Below, piece after piece: positions 1-9,100 of a DNA stretch of 37,505 nt. The translations under genes were made by a program, and so were the position numbers. Position 1 is the stretch's first letter; each line of letters begins with the position of its first letter. The stretch spans positions 1-37,505 of the IMG/VR virus record IMGVR_UViG_3300020045_001919. The stretch is one strand, 5' to 3'. Under the pieces are notes generated by a model. It was not told the DNA's origin. It made no database searches and saw only the letters and a program-made list of their open reading frames with translations. The DNA is from a virus. Lineage: Duplodnaviria > Caudoviricetes.

Positions 1-114
1 AACAGCGCCCCACAAGCCCTTGCCTAAGTCCTGATAGAAACTATCAATCATTTCTTTCCGAAGGCCCTCGACAATCGCCGTCACGTCTGCATCGGTCAGG
101 TTTCGGTCGCTCAT
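1..114 (-). CDS. Partial ORF (MSDRNLTDADVTAIVEGLRKEMIDSFYQDLGKGLWGAV...), probable holin-like/lysis-region protein; runs off the window
   Basis: Translated by hand. ATG overlaps the upstream stop (TAATG at 112-116). Lies downstream of the tail genes. Function is inferred from position only. Confidence 0.6.
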   Translation of the reverse strand, partial: MSDRNLTDADVTAIVEGLRKEMIDSFYQDLGKGLWGAV

Positions 115-539
115 TAATGCGTCCTATTATGAAATGGATTGAGGCGATGAAGGCCACTAATATGAGCAACCCCATGCCCTACCCCCCAAAGAAACAGGAC
201 TACCATTTGCATCAATAGCGCAAAATCCAGCCCATATAGATAAAAGCCCGCGTCATTGCCTGACCATGCAAAGGCCGTGTGCCAGCCGATCATAATGCCA
301 TAGATTCCGCCTATGACTTGCTGGTGACGGCCTAGCGGGTGAACCAACACGGCAGCCGCAGCTATCAGATCCATTGCCCAGAACCACGACCACGGGGTAT
401 AGTTTCCGCTCACCTCAACAAATGCCATACAGACAGCCCAATTGCCTAGCATAATGAACGCGGTACGCGTCATCGGGCTATGGTTCAATATCAGGGCCAT
501 AACGCATAGCAGGCCAAGGGCTATCCCAAATTCAGGCAT
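114..539 (-). CDS. Multi-pass membrane protein, 141 aa (about 4-5 TM segments), lysis region
   Basis: Several long hydrophobic segments. Coupled to both neighbours by start/stop overlaps. Confidence 0.8.
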   Translation of the reverse strand: MPEFGIALGLLCVMALILNHSPMTRTAFIMLGNWAVCMAFVEVSGNYTPWSWFWAMDLIAAAAVLVHPLGRHQQVIGGIYGIMIGWHTAFAWSGNDAGFYLYGLDFALLMQMVVLFLWGVGHGVAHISGLHRLNPFHNRTH

Positions 540-624
540 TTTTCGTTGCCTTGACGGGCTTCGCAGGCTTCACCACTGCTATTTTCTTTGTGCCTTTTGG
601 TGGCTTTTTCGTTCCGCCGCTCAT
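532..624 (-). CDS. 30-aa Lys/Pro-rich microprotein MSGGTKKPPKGTKKIAVVKPAKPVKATKNA
   Basis: Not in the ORF track. ATGA overlap with the upstream stop (621-624) and ATGCCTGA overlap with the downstream start (532-539). Fills the gap exactly. Confidence 0.65.
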   Translation of the reverse strand: MSGGTKKPPKGTKKIAVVKPAKPVKATKNA

Positions 625-779
625 TCCTCTGGCTCCTTTTGGCTTTGCGCCTCAATCTGCGCATTGATAAGGTTCAACATGGGAATACACACACGACCCG
701 GCAATTCATGCAGAGCCGCTGCAATCACGTTAAGCTGTTCTTGAGTGAATGTCAGTGTTACCGTTTCCGTTTCCATCAT
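621..779 (-). CDS. 52-aa protein MMETETVTLTFTQEQLNVIAAALHELPGRVCIPMLNLINAQIEAQSQKEPEE, possible tail-fibre chaperone
   Basis: Translated by hand. Starts 5 nt after the tailspike stop. Amphipathic helical pattern like small genes that follow tail fibres. Confidence 0.7.
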   Translation of the reverse strand: MMETETVTLTFTQEQLNVIAAALHELPGRVCIPMLNLINAQIEAQSQKEPEE

Positions 780-784
780 AATCC

Positions 785-3067
785 CTATGCTGTTGTGTTG
801 TCTGTTATCAGGCCCATAGAGGCCAACGCTGCCAATAAGTCAGTGAAGGGCGCTCCGGTTACTCTCGAACCCGTTATCGTTGGTTTAGCCACTTCTGCGC
901 TACCATAAAAGCCTATACCTGTATCGCCAACGACTATCCGCGTTGTGCCGCTTGTGCCAGACCGCAGGCGCACAGGAAGGTTACCCCTTGACCGCACATC
1001 CATATAGGCGTTTGCGACACTATCCGAACCCGGCTGGACGGTCGATGTGTTAACGCCGCCAGCGATCTGCAAATAGGTGTCCGCACTCGACACGCTGACC
1101 ATGCGGATTTGTCGTAATCCAGCCATGTAAAAGTCGTGGCTGCCAGATCCCTTGGTCAGCCAATTCATGCCGATGTTGGTATCGGGACCATAAGGGCGAA
1201 CATTTGGCGGAGAACCTGTATTTGCTCCAGAAACGTCCACACCATTGACCTTGCGGTCAGAGGTAATCCGCAGACTGGTGACAGCCGACAGTGCGAGTCG
1301 ATCAGCAAGGCTTTCTCTGTACCACTCGTGGTAGTCATCAAGCGTGCCAATAGGGCCGATGCCGATTTTAGGGCCGGTCTCGGTCGCTACCAGATAGCCA
1401 ATAGCGCCAACCTGATTGGTGGTTGTCAGGACGCCCCAATCTTTCATCGGCGCGACTGGACCGGTCATTACGTTGCCCGGTGCTAAGGAGGCGGTAGGGT
1501 CGAACGTGGCGAACATCGACCAGCCTGTATGACTGGACGGCCCACAAGGCCAAATGTCGCGCAAGGTATCCGTATCACGGCCACGCAATGAGCCGACAGC
1601 CAGAACGCGATTGTTCTGACCCTCAAAATAAGCCCGCTCTTTGGCAAACCCACCACGCGCCATCATCGTAACGTTAAACACATTGTTGAAACGTGTGTTG
1701 TTTGAAGCTCCAGCAAACAACCATATGTCGTTAATGTTTGATGGATTATCAGAATCTAATTCAAGGCCAGCATATTGGCGATGGTAGGTGCCAGCTTCCG
1801 TGGCGGCATATGGACCCGCAGGCGATACACCAGAGATAGGCGACAGGATAATCTCTGTCAGCGACAGCATGTCATTGACGGACCAGCGCGACCTAGTTCC
1901 GTAGGTTGTGGATGTTAGATAGAATTGCGCCCAACCCTTCGCGCAATCGACACCAGCGGCAATCGTAACCTTGAGTTGTGTGCCAGCGTTGTACGGCTCA
2001 ATCGTGATGGCCGTATCGTTGTTCGTACTACCAACATTGAAATTGCAGTTCACATAGTAGTTTTCCAGCGTGTTTTTGCTGGAGGAGCCACGCATTTGGA
2101 AGGCGGGCCCAGTGGTGGGTGGACCGAAGCTGCCGTTTGTGATTTTAAGTTCACCAGCGCCCCACACACGAGAAGGCTCCACACTCGATCCCGAAAACAG
2201 GTTTTCCAGATATACGTTGGCGCTATAGCCAATATCAAAGCCGCGCTGGTTGCCCACCAACATTAGGTCGCTGCCCATGATGTTGGCGACGCCGTTTTGA
2301 CCATCTGTGCCATCTATCGCAATACCCGCTACCGATTTACTGCGAATTGTCAGGTTGGAAAGCTGTGTGTAACCAACGCGCTCGGCCAATGTGCCAACAA
2401 GCTGGACACCATAGTCAGACACTCCGCGAAGTTGCATGTTATGCGCCCCACCATAGCTGAAACCCTCCCACTTAAGAGAGGCGTCAGACAACACACTATT
2501 AGCCCCATCACCGTATACAACCTGTGCAGCACCAGTCATTTCTATCGTGACGTTAGAGCCAGCATCATAAATACCAGCGGGAACGTATAGCGGCTTTTGA
2601 GCGGCATTAGGAAACGTTGCAGATGGCAAAGTTGTGGTAGACAGAAAGCCCGCGATTGCATCCGTAACGGATGGATTTACAGACCATACACGGTCAGGGA
2701 TAAGGTAAGAGGTAAAGGTGATTGCATCGCTGTTAATGTCTATGACGCCATCGCCATCGACCTCCCACAGACTTGCAGCGTTGATAGTGCCGAGATTGAC
2801 CTTAACCGAGGTTCCGCCAACAATATCAAACGACCCGTCAAAGTCTGGAGCGCGGGACCATGTACCCGTCTGCACGATCCATATGCCATTATCGACAGCG
2901 GCGGATTGGTTTTTCACCAATACCCTGTCACCCGCAGCCAGGGCAACACCGTCCACCGTTTGCAGGCCGGAAAGCGTGATAGTCGCGGTTGTACCCGCAC
3001 GGCATGGGGCTTTTACGGCAACGCTTGTCGTCAGCCCATTCAGCCGGTCGGTAATGGTCGAAGGCAT
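785..3067 (-). CDS. Tail fibre/tailspike (receptor-binding), probable beta-helix body
   Basis: N-terminal anchor motif ITLSGLQTVDGVALAAGDRVLVKNQ..NGIW..W.RAPDFD. LYVPAGIY...VVYGDG opens a pectate-lyase-like beta-helix. Gly/Asn/Thr rich. ATG 3067 has a GGAG RBS. Confidence 0.88.
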   Translation of the reverse strand: MPSTITDRLNGLTTSVAVKAPCRAGTTATITLSGLQTVDGVALAAGDRVLVKNQSAAVDNGIWIVQTGTWSRAPDFDGSFDIVGGTSVKVNLGTINAASLWEVDGDGVIDINSDAITFTSYLIPDRVWSVNPSVTDAIAGFLSTTTLPSATFPNAAQKPLYVPAGIYDAGSNVTIEMTGAAQVVYGDGANSVLSDASLKWEGFSYGGAHNMQLRGVSDYGVQLVGTLAERVGYTQLSNLTIRSKSVAGIAIDGTDGQNGVANIMGSDLMLVGNQRGFDIGYSANVYLENLFSGSSVEPSRVWGAGELKITNGSFGPPTTGPAFQMRGSSSKNTLENYYVNCNFNVGSTNNDTAITIEPYNAGTQLKVTIAAGVDCAKGWAQFYLTSTTYGTRSRWSVNDMLSLTEIILSPISGVSPAGPYAATEAGTYHRQYAGLELDSDNPSNINDIWLFAGASNNTRFNNVFNVTMMARGGFAKERAYFEGQNNRVLAVGSLRGRDTDTLRDIWPCGPSSHTGWSMFATFDPTASLAPGNVMTGPVAPMKDWGVLTTTNQVGAIGYLVATETGPKIGIGPIGTLDDYHEWYRESLADRLALSAVTSLRITSDRKVNGVDVSGANTGSPPNVRPYGPDTNIGMNWLTKGSGSHDFYMAGLRQIRMVSVSSADTYLQIAGGVNTSTVQPGSDSVANAYMDVRSRGNLPVRLRSGTSGTTRIVVGDTGIGFYGSAEVAKPTITGSRVTGAPFTDLLAALASMGLITDNTTA

Positions 3068-3081
3068 TAAAATCTCCAAAC

Positions 3082-3109
3082 AAAAAAACGCCGCACAAAG
3101 GCGACGTTT
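3082..3109 (-). terminator. Intrinsic terminator-like hairpin in the tailspike leader
   Basis: Minus strand AAACGTCGC-cttt-gt-GCGGCGTTT followed by more T (T7 in total). Confidence 0.6.
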
Positions 3110-3134
3110 AAGTGGCTGCTATGGCAGTTTTTCC

Positions 3135-3163
3135 TACTTACACAAAATAGCTGCGCAAGTCTA
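3135..3163 (-). promoter_or_regulatory. Putative late promoter TAGACT-N17-TAAGTA with GTG before the -10
   Basis: Same geometry as the elements at 18252-18280 and 25060-25088. Confidence 0.4.
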
Positions 3164-6100
3164 TTCATCTATTTTTCCCTTGGTCAGTCCGCGATACCAT
3201 TCAGACACCGTTTGCGGATCATATTCGTCATAGCCCACATCGACAAGGAATTGCGTGGACGTGGCAATCTGCCCTGGTAAGAGACCCGTTGTATAGCCCA
3301 CAGTCTCCAGCGTTGTCTTAGTCATGCGCTTGGTATCCTCACCCCGCACAACCTTGCCAACATCACCGGCAAAGAAAACAATAGTCTGACCCGCACGCTG
3401 GATAGGCGACATTTGATAATCAAAGCCCTGATTGCCCGCAGCCTCATCCCAAAGAGGACGGCCAAGGTCACGCACAACAGGAACAGCACCGATTGCATCA
3501 AACATCATTTCCTTAAACGCCCATACGCCCCAATCTTCATCTTCCTCAGGGCCATTACCACCCAACACTTGCGCAAGGATAGGCGGAACCATAATCAGCC
3601 AGAACGCCCTTGCCATAATGTCAGGGAGATCAGCCGCCGATGCCCGCGCAACGTCACGGCCCAACGATCGCTTGCGGTTATATGACGTACTGACATAGCT
3701 GTAAAACATCGTCAGCAAGGTCAGGGCCTTACCCCAAGGCCCAGTGCCACGCGCAATGGCTGCTATATCCTTGGCAGAGCTTGACCCTTGCGACAGCCGC
3801 ACAGCCTTATCGGCCGCATAGATAGCCTGTTGCTCAGTCATACCCTCAGACATAGACCGATTGTACATACCTACCCATGTCGGCACCACAACCAACCTGT
3901 CAGCATAACCAATGCCGTGGAAAGCAAAGCGCTTGCCAGCCGTCAGAACATTGCCCACCTTACCCTTGACGGTATCGGCCTGCATCATGCGGTTCATTTC
4001 GCTGCGAATATCCCGGTCGATATTGTCCATGCGCCCGCGCAATTCAGGGGATCGCTCCATAGCGAAGGCCATCATCGGTGGCATCTGGATACCATTAAAG
4101 GTGGCAAACTTCACGCCAGAGCCTGCCAGTTCAGCCGCAAACTTGCCGATGGCAGGCGTGACCCACTTAGCGCCGACATATTCAAAGCTATTCGAATAGC
4201 CTGCAATCTGTGTGATGATTGTCGTTGCACGAAAGCCCATGCCGACAACCGTTGTATTGGACCGGGCCTTACCGATCCACTTGCCAGCGCCTTCATTACC
4301 CGCTTTTTCATGCGCCCACTGGTTAGCGACATATTGCAGCCACGGGCGGGATTGTTTACGGGCTTCCACGCCTACAATGTCATCCATCGCCCGCATGACG
4401 CGGCGATCAGACAGAAACTTGTCGGCCTGCATGATGGCTTCACGGTGGGTTATGTCGTGAATAACTTCCTGAATATGCCGGTTCAATACGCCAAGATCCA
4501 ACAGAATAGGATTGTTGACCTTATCCGCACGGGCTTTTGTGGATGATGACCGCGTAGTGGCACGGGTATAGCTCATGCCGAACATTTCATTAGACGCGGC
4601 GGCCCGTTCTTCTGCCGAATAGTCCTTCGTTGCGTCATAGACAGCAGGATAATAGCCGCCCTTATATGTCCCGTGCGGTGTTTCTATCGGTGATGGATCA
4701 ACCTTTTCAGGCTCAACGCCATTAACCCGGCGCTCCATTGCCGCCATTTCAGGCCAAAGACCCTCGATGGTATCCCAAACCGATTGCACAAAGTCCCAAT
4801 CATCTTTGGTCAGTTCGCGGTTAAGCACGTCCATGACGGCACCGTCATCCCATTCATACCCGTCGATAAGCCGCTGCCGGTTACCCTCGTTCCCCATGTT
4901 GAGCGCCATGACAATCAGATGCACACGCTTCGACTGCATGAGATTGCCGCTCTTGGGATTCGTTAGCACGGGATCAGTGAATTTATCCTGCCAACGGGCA
5001 AGCTGCTTTATGCCGACCTTTTCAAACAGCGCCTTTATCTTTGCGTGATATTCCTCCTGCATTGCCTTGGAACGGCCCTCAGCGGTAGCGATAGGCTCAA
5101 ACACAATGCGATTGAACGCGCCATTAGGATTGCCGTTATCCATCCAATCAAAGATGGTTTCCATTTTCAATAGCGCGGCATCAAAATCCATAACGTTGGA
5201 CTTAAGGCGATCACCGAAGGACGGCTCCATAAGGTCAGACGGTGCCTTGCGCCCCATGTCATCGGCCACACTTATAACTTCACCGACAACAGCGTCAAAG
5301 TCGCGCCGCTCCTTATTGTCGATCAGCGTTTGCTTCCACTTACCCAAGTGGATAATCTGCGAAACAACAGCATCAAGGTTCAGCAGTTTTTCAACAGTCA
5401 GGCGCGACCAGTTTTCCACGCCTAGTGTCGCCTCAAAAGATTGAGGAACGATTACATCAACACCATTGGCCTCTTGTGTTTTCGCCCACGCCTCAAAGCT
5501 ACCTTGCCGGTCAATAAATGTCTGTGTGCGCTTTTTGAGATCCACCTGTTCAAGCAATGTTTGCGCTTGCTCCAGATAGTCCTGATCTATGCTTTTGAAT
5601 GTGCGCTTGCGGCCCAGCTTGGACATGCGGGCAACAGCTTTATCAATCTCCTCAGCAACGCGGGTGGCTTCCGCCAGGAATGCATTGTTAAGCATTTGCG
5701 CTTGCTTATGGTCAAAAGCCGCATCCATATCGCCCTTGAGCATAGCCTCTTGTGCCAGCCTACCGGACTTCTGCGCTGCCTTGCGATATTGCTGGATAAC
5801 AGCCCGTGACGCTACATCTTTGACAACGCCTTGCGCTACCGCCCTCTCCGCCCAAGCCTTCGCAATCCTATAGGGTGTAGGACGCTTCTGCGTAGAGCGG
5901 GCAAGAACGCGCAACTCCGCCGCCAAAACCTCGCCCTGCTTGTCATTGTGGATAGTCGCAAGCGCTTCCTCCTCAATACTGCCATCCGTAAATGGATCGC
6001 CATAGTTCTCCAGCATACGCGCATTGACTTCATCTTCAATGGTAGCTTTGCGCAATGAGCGAGTATCTCCGGCCTCACGCATTGCTATCTTCTGCGCCTC

Positions 6101-9100
6101 CATAGAGATTAGCATACGGATCATGTCGTCACCACTGCCGAAGCCTGCAATCTCCGCAATATCGTCAGGATTAGCGCCGCCCTTTTTATGGACTGGCGGC
6201 ACCTGTTTCAAAAGCGTACCCGGCGCGTCAATGCCGTAGCGATCAACAATGACCTGTGTATCCATTGGTGTGGTTTTCAGGATACCCATAGCCACAAACT
6301 CAGGGCGGACACCTACTTGTTCGGCGACCTCTTGGCGGATAACCTCAGCGCGTTCTTTATACTCTTTCGTGACGCGACGCTTTACAGCGTTCATCACCTT
6401 AACAAGCAAAGCATCCCTAGCATCGCTACGGGCATCACTGACAAGCCCTTCATAGGCCGACCATTCGCTGTCCGTCATGTTATCGGGCTTGGTATCAAAG
6501 CCACGCTGTAGCTGTTGCTCCTCAGCCGCAAGCGCAATCTCTTCCTCAGTGGCAATTAGGCGGTTCATTACGTCGCGTATTTCCGGCGTAATAGGCGCTT
6601 TCAGGCTATCGACTGATTTATACAGCCGCGTCATCCAGACCTTGAAAATCTCCATGACTTTGCGCAAGCCTTTGGACGGAGCAACGCCCTCCATGACATA
6701 GCGCTCAATGCCACGCGCCCACATTTCATGGGCCTCCTCAGGGATAATTCCATTTTGTATAGGGTAACCATTAGCGGAAAACCAATCCTCGACAGTTTTC
6801 CAGTCATTGCGCAACCGCTCTGGCGCTTCTGGCAACGCGGCATCTTCGCGCAATTCCTCTAGCCATATGTGACCCGATTCATGAATGAACGTGGATTGAT
6901 CGCGCAACTGGAGAAGCTCGATAATCCTTTTGCCGCTTTCCTGAAACACAGCGCGGCCACGGTGTTCTTGATTGTATGACCGGCCCGCAATAGGCTCGCG
7001 TATCATCCCCTCACTAACAGCGTAGTCTTTCTTGCGCCCCTTATTCTCATGGAAACCAAAGCGCTTGTAAAACTTCACCAGCCGAGCACGGGAGGTTGTA
7101 CCATGATTATCATCTGCCTGAGCCGGTGAAAGAACAATACGCTTGCCATTAAGGTCGGCATAGGCGGTGAGTTCCTCCATTGCCTTTGTTCCAAGGCCCT
7201 GCCCTTTTTCCCCTGCAATCAACATATTCAATTTGAGATCGCCGCGAGACAACCAGACATTAAACGCCTTCAACCCAAGTCGCTTCTCAACCTCAGAGGC
7301 CCATGCGCCAACATCATCGTTGGTTATACCGGCCGCGCTCTGATACAATATCCGCGCGTCGGCTGGATCGAACGCCCCGCGATTGTTTACGGACTTAATT
7401 TGTGTGGGATCGAAGGCGGCATAGCTTGTTGCAGCAACACCCTGCCGCTCAAGATTGGCTTGATCCTTAACATTATGAGTGATTACGCCGTCGTACCCAG
7501 ACTTCTTGGCCCATACGGAAAGAGCGTTTATATTTTGACTGCTTTTGCGCTGATCAAGCCAAGGTTTATTACCTGAAAATGATTTTTCAATTTTCTCTGA
7601 AAGGTCAGTGTCAGCAGGCACGACCCCATTCCATCCACGGCCTTCGGCGTCAAATACAAAGGGGTTCTGCATTGATAGATAAACGGGCAATATATTTGCG
7701 CCTCTTTTTGAATCGCGCGATTTTCTTTGATCGGCATATGCGCTGGCAGTTTCGCTATCCCCAAACCAATACGCCCCACCAGCTTGCCCACCATCCTCAG
7801 ATGAGCCAAATATGGAAATATCAGCATCTGTCCCATGATAGACCACCAACGGCCTACCCTGTTCATCGACAACCTTACTTTCACCAAACCAGTTCCAGAA
7901 GTTGCGCACGCCTTCCTCTGTCTGCGCGATAGGCTGGCCATTGCTGTTCACGGTTGAGCGGGTAACACCGTCAATGGTTATCGTATCAGGAAGCGATTGA
8001 TCGTACCCAAGCCCCGCCGCCTGCTCTGCTACATAGGCGTCCATAGCCTCACTAATCTGCTTGCGCGTGGCCTTGTCAGGATCAATAGTCCGACCTTCCA
8101 GCAATTCCCGCAGTTGATCCGCAGCATCACGGAAAGACGTATCAACATCCTCGGAGAAGCGTTCACGGCCCGCAAGCTCTTCTGATATAGCATCCAGCAA
8201 GACGTTAACCTCTGGACGCTCTGCAAAATCAGGAAAATAACCCTCTTGCCATGCCCGCATTGCCAGATTGTCAGGCGAATTGCTGTTCTGCATACCATCC
8301 GCGCCAAGCATCGAGCCTTGACCCGCTATACTTTCACGGATCAGCTTGCGCTGACCTTTTGCACCAATACCCTTGATAGGCCCCAAACCCATAGCCTTAA
8401 GGTCGCCACCGGGATCAGTAATGCCACCCTGTTGTGCAATCCACTTCACCAGCGAAGGCCCACGCGGAATAGGTGCATCCTTCTTACGGCGCATGGTGGC
8501 AATCAGCATATCGAGATTGTCAGCAGGCTTTGCACGGGCAAGCCGCTCAGGCAGCACCTCGCGTATTTCCACATCATATTCATTGCCGGTCAGTTCGCGG
8601 CCCAACATGGTAGCACGGGCCTCAGCGCGTCTAGTCACCAGTTCCGCTTGCGTGCGGGCCATGCTTGGCGTGTACCCGGCATTAGTCAGTTTAGTGTATG
8701 CACTATCAAACACCATTTCACGGGGCGCACGTTCAGCAGCAGCGGCCCGCTCTTGTTCCCCCATTTTGGTGGCAAGTTCATCCATCACATCGGCCATAGC
8801 GTCATTGAATGACAAAGCCTCGCGCTTGCTATCACCCCCCGGCGTCAGGCGCACATCATCCTTGATAGCATCCCATGCGGTTGATCCTGCAAATGTCGTG
8901 ACAGCATCGGCCATAGGGATCACAACATCGCCATCTTTGGCAATGCCTTCCGCTATATCATCCGCGTAGTCGTCAAATTCGCCCTTGTAAGCGTCTGACT
9001 GCATATATGCCTGCATAGCCTCAGCGGGAACGTATAGCGTCTCTGTGCCAGTATCCTCGGCCATTTTAGCCATAAGCTCTTTGAAGGCTTCAGGATCACC

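Noticed and set aside
785-3160. Diversity-generating retroelement, considered because of the BPP-1-like virion genes
   Set aside because: No reverse transcriptase and no TR/VR repeat pair visible in the window.
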